Source of the DNA: Bdellovibrionota bacterium | GTDB taxonomy: Bacteria > Bdellovibrionota_G > JALEGL01 > DATDPG01 | Length of the DNA: 64,000 nucleotides | Direction: 5' to 3' | Assembly (NCBI GenBank): GCA_963668355.1 | Contig: OY764265.1 | Span: 1,696,001 to 1,760,000 of the forward strand | Shown: piece by piece, positions 40,628-50,736 of the stretch | Position numbering within the stretch: the stretch's first letter is position 1 | Layout: each line of letters starts with the position of its first letter | Made by a program: the position numbers and the translations under genes | Notes under the pieces: model-generated | Databases searched by the model: none | What the model was told of the DNA's origin: nothing | Seen by the model: the letters and a program-made list of their open reading frames with translations, nothing else

Positions 40628-40772
40628 CGAATCCATATGAGGCAGGGACAATGTTCCTTATGGGATCTTGAGTGAGGTTGCCGATCCGCGCTCTAAACAC
40701 CTCCAATATAAGGAAAAATCGTAATGGTTCTTGACACTTAGATCAATTCTTCGCGATAATTGAAAAACCCCA

Positions 40773-42098
40773 ATGAAACGCCATCATCGCCTCATTTCAA
40801 TGCTTACCATTTACGTTTTCGTCATGGGCACGGTTCCCCCATTACAGGCGAAAGTTCGCAAGAATGCGCCAATTCTAGCCACTGTGGGCTTCCGGACGCA
40901 GGACGGTGTTGCAGAGCGCCAAACGCGGGGCTACCTCCAAAGGCAATTTCAGAAATCTGGCAGGGTTAAGGTCGTTTCGGAAAAGGTCGCGGCCAAACAA
41001 GTAAAAAAAATGCACCGCTTGGAGCAAAAAGGGGCCCTTAATAGTTTGAGGCAAGCGCAACAAGAATTTGCTCGTGGAAAGAAGCTCTATGACCGGTTGG
41101 AAATTGATCCAGCCATCGCCCATTTCTCCAAAGCCGTTCGAGGATATCGAGAAGGCATCGCCGCTCTTCAGGAAAATAAATTTCTTTTGGCCTCTCATTT
41201 GTATCTCGGAATGTCTTTGGTGATTCGCGGCCGAGTAAAAGAGGGAAGTGAATACATCCGACAAATGATTGTTTTAAATCCCTGGCGGGAAAAACAAAAA
41301 CTTCCTTCCCGCGAATTTCCACCAAAAATTGTCAAATTGCATCGTGACTTAACGCAAAAAGTTTTGAAAGGGCCTCGTGGAAAAGTCACGATTCAGACTT
41401 CTCCTCCGGGGGCGACGGTCTTTTTTGATGGGGTGAAGCAACGTTCTACGCCTGTTGAACTCGAACAAGTCCCGGCTGGCCAACATTTTGTCACCATCGA
41501 GAAGACGGGGTTTCGTCGTTTTTCGACCTTAGTGGATGTGAAAGATGGAGAAACAAAAGTCAATGCTCCTTTAGAAACTTGGGACCCCTTGGCTCCTCAA
41601 AAATTCGATCTTCGAAATGATCCGGATGAAATTGCTTATCTTACGGAGTTGGGGGAGATGTTAGGGGCTCGTATTTTGGTTCTTGGGGATGTGGAGACCA
41701 CAAAAGAGAAAAAAGTTCGATTGAGTGCCCAGCTTTTTGATACGCATTCTCGAGAGTTTTCGAAAGTGGAAGCGGAAGAAGTTTCCAGGGGACGCATCAA
41801 ATCCGGTGCCAACAAGCTTTATGAACAATTGATGAACAATCTCTCCATCGGGGGAGGGGTTGTGACATGGCTGGATCCGAATGGAGATGTTCCCGGCTTG
41901 GATCGCCCTGACGCTAATTCTTATGCGCAAGCGACAACCTCTCGCGAGAACAATGACCAACCCTTGTATGAGAAATGGTGGTTCTGGACCATTGTGGGAG
42001 CTGTTGCCATCGGGGGGGGCGGAGCGGCCTTGCTGCTTCTGAACAAATCGGAGCCAGATTACAATATTTTGAGTGTTTCCAATCCTTTTGCTCCGTGA
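40773..42098 (+). CDS. PEGA-domain exported protein with TPR-like helices and a C-terminal hydrophobic segment (paralog 1)
   Basis: Signal peptide, TSPPGATVFFDG..TP..G.H PEGA motif, YEKWWFW followed by a Gly-rich hydrophobic helix. Confidence 0.88.
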   Translation: MKRHHRLISMLTIYVFVMGTVPPLQAKVRKNAPILATVGFRTQDGVAERQTRGYLQRQFQKSGRVKVVSEKVAAKQVKKMHRLEQKGALNSLRQAQQEFARGKKLYDRLEIDPAIAHFSKAVRGYREGIAALQENKFLLASHLYLGMSLVIRGRVKEGSEYIRQMIVLNPWREKQKLPSREFPPKIVKLHRDLTQKVLKGPRGKVTIQTSPPGATVFFDGVKQRSTPVELEQVPAGQHFVTIEKTGFRRFSTLVDVKDGETKVNAPLETWDPLAPQKFDLRNDPDEIAYLTELGEMLGARILVLGDVETTKEKKVRLSAQLFDTHSREFSKVEAEEVSRGRIKSGANKLYEQLMNNLSIGGGVVTWLDPNGDVPGLDRPDANSYAQATTSRENNDQPLYEKWWFWTIVGAVAIGGGGAALLLLNKSEPDYNILSVSNPFAP

Positions 42099-44119
42099 CC
42101 TCTGTTGAAGCCTTAGTCCGCTGGGTGCTTGTTCTCTTTGTCTTGCATGGCATGACGAGAATCCCGGCCCAACGGCTCTTGGGAAGATCTCTGGGGGCTC
42201 TTAATCTTCCATTGCTTTTGTTGATTTGGTCCTATTCCTATTGGCTCATTGGGAGTGTGTTTCGTGTGGACACGCTCCACATTGTTTTGTTTTTCTGTGG
42301 GATTTTCTCGATCGGATCGATTTGGTGGGCTTCCCGCATGGTTGAAGGTGGCTCGAAGTCCATTCGAGAAAAGCCAACAAAACATTCTTTTCTGATTTTT
42401 TCGGGTTTGTTTCTTATGGCCGTGCTCATTCGAGCCTATTCCCCTTCTCTCTCTCATGCCGAAAAATTCGCGGATCTTACTTTTCTTCAGGCCTCGCTTT
42501 TGGGTACTCATTTTCCTCCCGTGGACCGTTGGCTTTCCGGTGAAAGCGTAAATTACTACTACTTCGGCTACATGTTCTTTGTTCCAATCATTCGATTGAG
42601 TGGTGTGCCCATCGAATTTGCATATGGGCTTTCTGCGTGCACGGTTTACGCCTTCATGGGGATAACGGCCTATGCGATTCTTCTTCGAGCTTCGGGGCAG
42701 AAATGGACCGCTTGGATGGGCATGTTGTCCGTGACGCTCTTTTCGAATTGGGAGTGGATGGGACAAATCTTCAAACTCAAAAGCCTTCGTCAGTTTTCCT
42801 GGTGGAGCAGCTCCCGTGCCATCGAAGGGACGATTACGGAATTTCCTTTTTTCTCATTTCTTCTGGGGGATTTGCATCCACACTTTGTTGCTTTGCCTTG
42901 GATGACGCTCACGTTTGGATTGTTTTATCTCTTTGATTCCGCTCGCAAATCAGGTGTGGAGAAAAAGATTCTTTTGATGATGGGAGGAATGACCGCCCTT
43001 TCCTTGGGGGTTCACTACCCTTTGAATCCGTGGGGCTTACCCTTTCTGGCTTTCTTGTTGGCCTGGATGATGGGGAAGGAATGGAAAACGACGGTTATTT
43101 TTGGGGCGGCCTCACTTTTCTTATTCCTTCCGTTTTGGATGACCTATCAACGACCGGTTTCGGGGATTCATTGGGTGCCGAGTTCTCTTCACAGTGAACT
43201 TCTCCCTTTTATCTCTCATTGGGGACTATTTCTGCTTCCCCTGACATGGCTCCTCTTTGTGAATGTGAAAGGCCGATCCAAAACACAACAGATTGTTTTG
43301 CTTGCGGTTTCCTTGGCTGCAGGCCTGGTCGGAGGCGTCGTTTTGGGTGTTTTGACTTGGATGGCGGGGGCGGTTCTTCGTCTCCCAACCGAAAAGCCAT
43401 ATTGGAAACATCTTCTTTTCCTCTCGATTCTCTTTGTGGGGTTGTGTGAGGTCATTCACTTGGATGATCTTTATGGCCCCGAATTAAAACGAATGAACAC
43501 GGTATTTAAGTTTTATACCTTGGCATGGTGGGGCTTCTCCTTATCTTTGCCGGTGGTTGTGACCTATATGTGGAAGAAAAATGCGATATTTCGTCGTGGC
43601 ATGCAATTCATGTTGCCTGTCCTCGTTATTCTTTCTCTGGTTTACCCTGTGTGGGCTGTCTATGTTCGTTCCGAGCGAACACCTGAAATTCCCACACTGA
43701 ATGGGATGGCGTATTGGGACTATTCCCTACCCGGGGAAGCTGAAGGGGTGCGTTGGCTTCGAGAAAACACGAACCCTCAAGACGTGATCTGGGAATCTGT
43801 GGGTGCTCCCTACGGGAACCACGGACGTTTTGCCGCTCTTTCTGGGCGGCCTTCTGTTCTGGGCTGGGTCAATCATCAGTGGGTGTGGCGAAAAAATGGG
43901 CGTGAATTGGCGGGTGCTCGCCTGGAGGAAATTCAATCTCTGCTAAATCAACCTAAGCTTTCAGAAGTCCTTCAATTCCTTCAAAAACATTCGGTTCGTT
44001 GGATTGTGATTGGAACCTTAGAAAAACGAGAATACTCGCCAGAACTCCTGCAGACGCTATCAACTTTTCCGGTCACGTTTTCCAACGAAAGCATGGAAAT
44101 TCGCCAGGTAAATTTGTGA
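42095..44119 (+). CDS. DUF2298 (YYY-motif) multi-pass membrane protein, putative GT-C glycosyltransferase
   Basis: EKFAD, PP.D.WLSG..VNYYYFG, ITEFPFFSFLLGDLHPH, RMNTVFKFY and LGWVNH motifs; GTGA overlap supports start 42095. Confidence 0.85.
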   Translation: MTSVEALVRWVLVLFVLHGMTRIPAQRLLGRSLGALNLPLLLLIWSYSYWLIGSVFRVDTLHIVLFFCGIFSIGSIWWASRMVEGGSKSIREKPTKHSFLIFSGLFLMAVLIRAYSPSLSHAEKFADLTFLQASLLGTHFPPVDRWLSGESVNYYYFGYMFFVPIIRLSGVPIEFAYGLSACTVYAFMGITAYAILLRASGQKWTAWMGMLSVTLFSNWEWMGQIFKLKSLRQFSWWSSSRAIEGTITEFPFFSFLLGDLHPHFVALPWMTLTFGLFYLFDSARKSGVEKKILLMMGGMTALSLGVHYPLNPWGLPFLAFLLAWMMGKEWKTTVIFGAASLFLFLPFWMTYQRPVSGIHWVPSSLHSELLPFISHWGLFLLPLTWLLFVNVKGRSKTQQIVLLAVSLAAGLVGGVVLGVLTWMAGAVLRLPTEKPYWKHLLFLSILFVGLCEVIHLDDLYGPELKRMNTVFKFYTLAWWGFSLSLPVVVTYMWKKNAIFRRGMQFMLPVLVILSLVYPVWAVYVRSERTPEIPTLNGMAYWDYSLPGEAEGVRWLRENTNPQDVIWESVGAPYGNHGRFAALSGRPSVLGWVNHQWVWRKNGRELAGARLEEIQSLLNQPKLSEVLQFLQKHSVRWIVIGTLEKREYSPELLQTLSTFPVTFSNESMEIRQVNL

Positions 44120-44126
44120 TCGACTT

Positions 44127-45425
44127 CTAGGGTCGGTGAAGTTCTTTTGTGACTTGGTCGGCCAATGCCATGGAAAAGTTCATGTTCCGATCTTCGGGAA
44201 AGATGTGACTCGTATTCGCGAAGAAAAGCCCCTTTTTGGAAGATCGAATGGGGGGCGTGTGGCTTAGATACTCCCGCGTATAGATCGGAGTGGCATAAGC
44301 ATCTCGAAAAAGAAAAATTCGTTTAATTTGATCGGGCGTATAATGCGGAAAAACTTTTTTCAAGCCTTTCTCATATCTCGAAAAAAGTGCTTCTTTGGAT
44401 TCCTTTAACCAAGCGTGGTCTTGAGGAAGGTAGTTGAACAAATAGGCCACGTACTGGTTGTCGTAGTCTTCTTTGGGGACAAAATTAGTTTGTTCGATGA
44501 CTCCGGTAAAAGGGATGCTCCGGTCTCCGATATTGAGCCAATAGGTGGAACTTAAGGGGCGATCCATAACCACGACCATGCACAAAATGGCCTGGTAGTG
44601 AATGTTTTGAAGGCTTTGACGTTCTTTTTCGGGGAGGAAAGGACACAATTTGACGATTTGAGGAGAGGGAATGGAAAGAATGACATGCTCGAAGTCAAAG
44701 GATTCCTGAGGAGAAGACAATGTCCAATGGTTTTCGGAATGGTGTTGGATGTGTTGGATGGGAGTTCGTTTTCGAATGTCTCCACCTTTTCGTTGAAGGT
44801 GTTTTTCAAGTTCCTCCAGCATCAACGGAAAGCCACCTCGAAGGTATCCGAGGCGTTCCACGTCTTTTTTACGTCCTCCCGCCCGAGCGTGAATTCTTCC
44901 CCACAGCCAAGCTGCAGAAATTTGGTCTGCGGCTTCCCCAAATTTTCCTTGGAGGAGGGGCCTCCAAAAAAGATCATAAATGGGCTTTCCCCAATCTCTT
45001 TCCACCCATTCTTTTACGGTCAATTGATCCAGCTTTTTCGCGTCTTTTCGATGTTGGGTGCGTAAAATATTGATCCCAAACTTCAGGCGTTCAGTGAACG
45101 AAAGAAGGTCAAATTTGAGGAGGTCGAGCGGAGAGTTGAAGGGGTAGGTTTTTCCTTGTGAAAAAAAACCCATGCGGGAAGGCATCCAATGCAGCTTTTC
45201 TTCCAAACCCAATTTATTGATCAACTTCCGAATGTGGGTGTCGGATGGAAAAATGTGGTGAAAGTATTTCTCCAACCGGACCGAGCCCAGTTGGCACGAA
45301 GAAATCAGGCCTCCCAATTTGGAACTTTGCTCAAAAACCGTTACGGACCGCCCTTGTTCGATGAGGTTCTGAGCAATGGCGAGACCCGTGATTCCGCCTC
45401 CGACGATGCCAAACTCTTTTTTCAT
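44127..45425 (-). CDS. FAD-dependent oxidoreductase (protoporphyrinogen oxidase-like, glycan-locus type)
   Basis: GGGITGL dinucleotide motif, EKYFHHIF, ISAAWLW, YWLNI and PEDRNMN. Confidence 0.88.
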   Translation of the reverse strand: MKKEFGIVGGGITGLAIAQNLIEQGRSVTVFEQSSKLGGLISSCQLGSVRLEKYFHHIFPSDTHIRKLINKLGLEEKLHWMPSRMGFFSQGKTYPFNSPLDLLKFDLLSFTERLKFGINILRTQHRKDAKKLDQLTVKEWVERDWGKPIYDLFWRPLLQGKFGEAADQISAAWLWGRIHARAGGRKKDVERLGYLRGGFPLMLEELEKHLQRKGGDIRKRTPIQHIQHHSENHWTLSSPQESFDFEHVILSIPSPQIVKLCPFLPEKERQSLQNIHYQAILCMVVVMDRPLSSTYWLNIGDRSIPFTGVIEQTNFVPKEDYDNQYVAYLFNYLPQDHAWLKESKEALFSRYEKGLKKVFPHYTPDQIKRIFLFRDAYATPIYTREYLSHTPPIRSSKKGLFFANTSHIFPEDRNMNFSMALADQVTKELHRP

Positions 45426-46108
45426 GAACCTCGAACTTCAATCCAAAGACGAACCAAGGCTTTTAACGTGCGAAAGACATCACGAGGTTTGACGGTGGAG
45501 GTGCCTTCTTTTCTTGGAAAATGATGCACGCCCACCTCTTTGATTTTCAAACCTTTTCGATGGGCTTTGACCAGGATTTCTCCATCAATGAGGAACCCGT
45601 TGGAATTCAGGGCGAGTTTCTTGAAAACCGAGCGATGGAATAGTTTTAAGGCACAATCGATATCTCGAACGCCTCTTAGGCCAAAAAACAGTCGCACCAA
45701 AAAATTATAAGAAGCTGCAGCAAATTTTCGAAACCAGGGATCTTGTCGGTTCATGCGAAAACCCACGACCATGTCCTGGTCTGCTTTTTGTTCCCAGAGT
45801 TCCTGAATTTCCATCAAATCAAATTGATTGTCTGCGTCTGTGTACGCAACCCACTCTCCTTTAGCAGCTTCAAAACCATTTCGAAGGGCGGTCCCATATC
45901 CGAGGTTTGTGGCGTGGTGAATGGCAACCACCCGACCAGGGTGCTCTAGTTCCAGTTTGGCCAGAATTTTCCCCGTTTCATCTTGGCTTCCGTCATTCAC
46001 AACCACCACTTCTCCAGAAAACGAAGATAGGGCTTCGAGCGCATGAGTGACTGATTTCTCAATGTTTTCGGCCTCATTAAACGCGGGCAAGACAATTGAA
46101 AGTTCCAT
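45422..46108 (-). CDS. GT2 glycosyltransferase (polyprenol-phosphate sugar synthase, DPM1-like)
   Basis: PAFNE, VNDGSQD, N.GYG.A, TDAD.Q and DIDCALK motifs. Confidence 0.92.
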   Translation of the reverse strand: MELSIVLPAFNEAENIEKSVTHALEALSSFSGEVVVVNDGSQDETGKILAKLELEHPGRVVAIHHATNLGYGTALRNGFEAAKGEWVAYTDADNQFDLMEIQELWEQKADQDMVVGFRMNRQDPWFRKFAAASYNFLVRLFFGLRGVRDIDCALKLFHRSVFKKLALNSNGFLIDGEILVKAHRKGLKIKEVGVHHFPRKEGTSTVKPRDVFRTLKALVRLWIEVRGS

Positions 46109-46163
46109 GGTTTTTAAAGTTCCTTATTCTACAGTCTGGCTTGGGAATGGTACAATAATCTGT

Positions 46164-47483
46164 ATGCAGCTTACCCTGCCTCAGGTCCTGTCCGTATTCT
46201 TGTCTCTGCTCTTGGTGTTGCCCTCAACTTGGGCGAGGGCGGCCACAAAACCGACTGTGTTGGTTGCTCCGATGGAAGGTGGAGAAGGAAATCGCAGGGC
46301 CAGATCGGCCCTCATTTCTTCTTTTCGAGAAACGGGGCAAGTTAATGTCATTGAAGAGGATGCCGTGGATCGTTATCTGGAAGATCGAAACGCTTCCAGC
46401 CAAGGGCATGAAAGTCCTTCCGATGGAACTCAAAAGTTAAAAAGTGGAATTAAGGCCTATCGGGCATTGAAGATTGACCAAGCGATTTCACATCTCGAAT
46501 TGGCCAAGAAGGAATTTCGCGAGCATCTGGTGCAAGCGGAGGATTTCCAGGCTTTGCGTGCGACACAAATGTATTTGGCCATGACGTATCTCGCCAAGAA
46601 AAATCGTCAAAGGGCCAAAGATGAAATTACGGAAGCCATTCTTTTGGATCCTGGAAGAGAAAAGCGCAAACTTCCCTCGAAACATTATTCCCCCGCCGTT
46701 CGAAAACTGTTCCGAGAAGTTCTTCGACAGATCATGGAGGGAGAACATGGGGATCTGGAAGTAACATCGCTTCCTTCTGGAGCTGTGGTTTATGTGGATG
46801 GAAAATCGATTGGGGCTTCTCCCGTTCGTGTCCGCGAACTCCCTGCTGGCGAACATTTTCTCCGAGTGGAGGCCGAAGGAAGAAAACCCTATATGAAAGC
46901 CGTAACGATCATTCAAGGAGAGAACCGCATTCCTGTAGAACTTCCGAAAATTGATTCGGTTGATCTCGAAAAGATGTTTTCCATTTTACCGAAAGCCGAT
47001 CAAATCTCTCCAAAGCGATCGGCCTTTTTGGATGAAATGGGAATTGGTTTGGGTGCGGACATTCTTGTATTTTTGGCTCCATCCGAGGGAAGCGTAAAAG
47101 GTCAATTGTATGATTTGAGAAGCCAAGAGATCTCCGTTCTGGAATCCGGTTCTTCCCCTCAAGAGCTTGTGAATAAGCTCTCCAAGCACATGGATTCGGA
47201 TGGTTATGTGATTCCCCCCAAAACGGAACTTTCCAAACGAAGTCAACAAACGGTCCAGCGTCAAAATCCGCCCATTTTTCGACCTGCTCCAGGGACCCGT
47301 CTGTCGGACCAAGCGACCCATCCAATGCCTAAGACGTCACCGACAGAAAACCAATGGTATAAAAATAAGTGGATCTGGATTGGCGTGGGAGCCGTACTTG
47401 CAACCGGCGCAGGGGTTTTCCTTTTGACGGATCTAGGAAAGAAAGGGGCCACAACCAGCACAATCAATGTGACCATTCCATGA
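46164..47483 (+). CDS. PEGA-domain exported protein (paralog 2)
   Basis: Signal peptide from ATG 46164; SLPSGAVVYVDG; WYKNKWIW plus hydrophobic helix. Confidence 0.88.
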   Translation: MQLTLPQVLSVFLSLLLVLPSTWARAATKPTVLVAPMEGGEGNRRARSALISSFRETGQVNVIEEDAVDRYLEDRNASSQGHESPSDGTQKLKSGIKAYRALKIDQAISHLELAKKEFREHLVQAEDFQALRATQMYLAMTYLAKKNRQRAKDEITEAILLDPGREKRKLPSKHYSPAVRKLFREVLRQIMEGEHGDLEVTSLPSGAVVYVDGKSIGASPVRVRELPAGEHFLRVEAEGRKPYMKAVTIIQGENRIPVELPKIDSVDLEKMFSILPKADQISPKRSAFLDEMGIGLGADILVFLAPSEGSVKGQLYDLRSQEISVLESGSSPQELVNKLSKHMDSDGYVIPPKTELSKRSQQTVQRQNPPIFRPAPGTRLSDQATHPMPKTSPTENQWYKNKWIWIGVGAVLATGAGVFLLTDLGKKGATTSTINVTIP

Positions 47484-48823
47484 ATACCGAGAGATTTAAA
47501 ATTTTCGCTGTTTTGTTAAGTCTTGTGATTGCCTTTCCGCCAAGCTTGGCTTGGTCTCAAGGTAAAAGAAAGGAAGCCAAGGTGGTCGTGGGAGCGGTTT
47601 CGGTTCCTTCATCTCTCTTGTCTCAAGAGCGTCGTTTGAGAACAGGAATTGTGAATGCTTTTCATCATCAACCGGGGGTTCAACTAGCCTCTCGAAAAGA
47701 TGTGGATGCGTGGCGAAAAAGGGTCATGAAAGAGGATCAGCCGGAGGATCGTTCGGCGGAGGAGCTTAACTACGCTCGCGAACTTCTTTCTCAAGGAAAG
47801 AGGGATTATGAACAATTTCGCTTCGAAGAATCCATTCAGAGCTTGAGAGAAGCTCGACGAATCTTCATTTACAATTTACCCGCCCTTCGCTCCAACCGCG
47901 ATTTAATCGATACGCATCTGTGGTTGGGAGTGGTCTATGCGGTGACCAAAAAAGACTCTCAAGCCAAAGAGGAGTTTCGACGTGTGGTCTATCTGGACTC
48001 GAAACGCGAGTTGGATCGACGAGGATATGCCCCCAATATTTTGAAGCTTTTTACGGAGGTAAAGAGAGAGGTCATGAAAGCCTCTCTCATTCGTGTGCGT
48101 GTGGAGTCTTCTGTTCCTGGTGCGGTGGTTTATTTGAACGGAAGATCAGTGGGAAACGCCCCTCTCGAAATGAGACTTCTTCCGGGAGAATACTTTGTAT
48201 TGGTCGAAAAAAAGGGTCTCAAGCCTTGGTATAAACCCATCCGATTTAAACAAAGAATTGAAACCGTTCGAGCCAGCTTAAAACCCGAAACAGGCGGACA
48301 GAAGTGGCTACAAACGTTTCGAGTCCGGGAAGGAGAGGATCAAAGCAATCCGGACCTTTCTTTGCTGAGAGATTTGGCCAAGTCTGTGGGCAGTGAAATC
48401 GTTTTTCTGGGAAGTGTGGAAAAAAAGTACAAGTTTAGAATTTTAGGACAGCTTTATGACGTTCGCACCTCACAGTTTTCCAAGGTAGCCATGGTGGACC
48501 TGGAACCAAACTTACGTGGATATAAAGAAGACGCGCAGAGTTTGGTCGATACGCTCATGGAATTTGTCCGTTCGGATGGATACGTGGTTTCCCCCGGAGC
48601 GCCGAACTTGGTTGTGCCCGGCCAAGCGTTGACCGTAGGGGCTGCGGATCGACCTCAACCCGCGATCATGAATGCACCTGCCGAAAAAAAACTTTGGTAT
48701 GAGCGTTGGTGGGTTTGGCCCTTGATTGTAGGTGCCGGAGTTGGTTTGTTTTTTGGAGTTCGGGAAGCCATCAGCTCAGATACTTCGGGCGGGATCGTTC
48801 TCGACAATCGCGGAAATTTTTAA
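47480..48823 (+). CDS. PEGA-domain exported protein (paralog 3)
   Basis: ATGA overlap; SSVPGAVVYLNG; WYERWWVW plus hydrophobic helix. Confidence 0.88.
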   Translation: MNTERFKIFAVLLSLVIAFPPSLAWSQGKRKEAKVVVGAVSVPSSLLSQERRLRTGIVNAFHHQPGVQLASRKDVDAWRKRVMKEDQPEDRSAEELNYARELLSQGKRDYEQFRFEESIQSLREARRIFIYNLPALRSNRDLIDTHLWLGVVYAVTKKDSQAKEEFRRVVYLDSKRELDRRGYAPNILKLFTEVKREVMKASLIRVRVESSVPGAVVYLNGRSVGNAPLEMRLLPGEYFVLVEKKGLKPWYKPIRFKQRIETVRASLKPETGGQKWLQTFRVREGEDQSNPDLSLLRDLAKSVGSEIVFLGSVEKKYKFRILGQLYDVRTSQFSKVAMVDLEPNLRGYKEDAQSLVDTLMEFVRSDGYVVSPGAPNLVVPGQALTVGAADRPQPAIMNAPAEKKLWYERWWVWPLIVGAGVGLFFGVREAISSDTSGGIVLDNRGNF

Positions 48824-50656
48824 TTAGTGAGCCGCTAAGGCCATGGAATTTCGAAGCCACCCTTTGGGCGTTCGTTTTGGATTCAATGGAATTTTTCGAG
48901 CCATTTGTTTGAGAATCCGATGATGGGGATTGATGCGTTTCATCATCCCTTCGGAAAGTCGGATTTCAAAATGTCCTGGCTGATCATCTTTGTGATGTGT
49001 TCGCACCAGAGTTCCCACTACAACGACTTGATCATCAAACTCTTTTTGATCACCTAAAGGTAGGTATTGAGTAACAATCTTAGCCAGCTCTTGTAGGTGT
49101 TGGGTTCGGTAAATGACCGCTTTGAATTCTCCAAGTGTGTCATTTTGCAGATCCCAGCGCGTGTATTGAACAGACTCAGAGGCGGAAAACCAGGAAGGTT
49201 CTTGGCTCTTGGGTCCTTCGGAAGCACATTGGTCTTTTTGTCCTTTAGTCGGACACCAAAACGCCTGATTTCCACAAAGTGTGAAGAAAGATTCATACTG
49301 GTTCTTTTTGTTCAAGGCCATCTTTGCAAAAAAACCTGAGCCTTTAACGCCTAGGTGGTCTTCAATGTCCTTCGAGAGAGAATCCAGATCTGCATTATCG
49401 TCGGGTCGGGAATCTCCAAAGAAAGGAATGTAGGCCATGAAGGATTCTTGAGCACAACGCCGAGTCAGGTCGATATAGGAAATCGCCGGATTGTCATATA
49501 CGTTCAAGTTGGATGGCTCTTCCATGACCACAGGTTTTTCCGGAATGGATTCAATTTCCTCTTCCTCTGGTGGGGGAGAGAGCGGAGGAGCGAAGTCGGA
49601 TTCGGGTTCGGGATGAGCTTCCTCCGAAGAGGTCTCTTGGGGATTGGCGGGTGCGGAAACAGGAGGAGTGACTTTTTCCAAGGTTTCCGAATGGATTGCC
49701 TCTGAAGAAGTTGGATCTTCGGAAGCCTGAGGTTCTTCATTTTGTTCTTCAAAACTTTCCAAATCAAAGACATCCACGCCGATGTATCCATGAACCGTTT
49801 GTTCGGGGAGGGCAGGCTCGGTAATTTCCTTTTCTCGATTGTAGGTCTTAAACACATATCGAGCCTCTCCTTTGGCTTGTCCTTGGCCGGCATATAATAT
49901 ACCTCGGGCTTCGAGCCTTCTTCCGGTGGGGAGAGGTTTCGTGAAATTTCGAATTCGTTGAACCCAGCTATCGAAAGTTTGTTCTGCTAAGTCCCGAACT
50001 CCGTCCTGCATCATTTCATTTTCTTTTAAGAGGCCAAAACCATGTTCAATGAATTCCATGTCGAATGTGTGGTTTTTTTCTTCCTGCGTAAACTCACGTT
50101 CGAAAACGAGTTCCAGATGAAACTTATTTGGGTCTACAGCGTCTGATTGGAGTTTCGAGTCTCGAGAAATATTGTAATACTCATCCCCGTCACGAATGAT
50201 GCCTCTGAGAGCTTGAGAAGAACCTGACCCACTTCGACAAAGGATGACATCGTTGTCCAAGGACAATTGCGATACAAACGCCCGATCCAATACATCTTGG
50301 AGATCTTCTCGTTTGAAGGTTTTGAAACCATCCACCGTGTGAAGGGCGAGGGAGTTTGGTTTCAACTCTCCCTCCAATCGAATTTCGGCTGTAAGCGGAG
50401 CATCTACGCCGCAAAGTTCCTCGGTTGTGGCCAGGGACGTGGGGGTGTTTTGGAAAGGATTGTGGATCGAGATATCCGTTTCGTCCGAATTGATTACTGA
50501 GCCATCCTTGAGATCACCATTGACTTTCAGATTGTAGGTAAATGTTGGAAAGTCATTCAGACGGCCTGAAGAAAGGTCATCCCGTGTCAATGCACCCGGC
50601 GTTCCAGCCAAGTCGCATCCACATAGAAGTATGAATATGAGAGCAAAGTACTTCAT
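48824..50656 (-). CDS. Hypothetical lipoprotein with a Pro/Glu-rich linker
   Basis: MKYFALIFILLCGC lipobox; long ORF; no family recognised. Confidence 0.72.
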   Translation of the reverse strand: MKYFALIFILLCGCDLAGTPGALTRDDLSSGRLNDFPTFTYNLKVNGDLKDGSVINSDETDISIHNPFQNTPTSLATTEELCGVDAPLTAEIRLEGELKPNSLALHTVDGFKTFKREDLQDVLDRAFVSQLSLDNDVILCRSGSGSSQALRGIIRDGDEYYNISRDSKLQSDAVDPNKFHLELVFEREFTQEEKNHTFDMEFIEHGFGLLKENEMMQDGVRDLAEQTFDSWVQRIRNFTKPLPTGRRLEARGILYAGQGQAKGEARYVFKTYNREKEITEPALPEQTVHGYIGVDVFDLESFEEQNEEPQASEDPTSSEAIHSETLEKVTPPVSAPANPQETSSEEAHPEPESDFAPPLSPPPEEEEIESIPEKPVVMEEPSNLNVYDNPAISYIDLTRRCAQESFMAYIPFFGDSRPDDNADLDSLSKDIEDHLGVKGSGFFAKMALNKKNQYESFFTLCGNQAFWCPTKGQKDQCASEGPKSQEPSWFSASESVQYTRWDLQNDTLGEFKAVIYRTQHLQELAKIVTQYLPLGDQKEFDDQVVVVGTLVRTHHKDDQPGHFEIRLSEGMMKRINPHHRILKQMARKIPLNPKRTPKGWLRNSMALAAH

Positions 50657-50736
50657 TATTATTAAAGGGTTATTCTTTTCTTCCCCCAACCTCTATTTTG
50701 ATCAACCTTTTAAAAATTTTCCAATTTTTTAAGATT

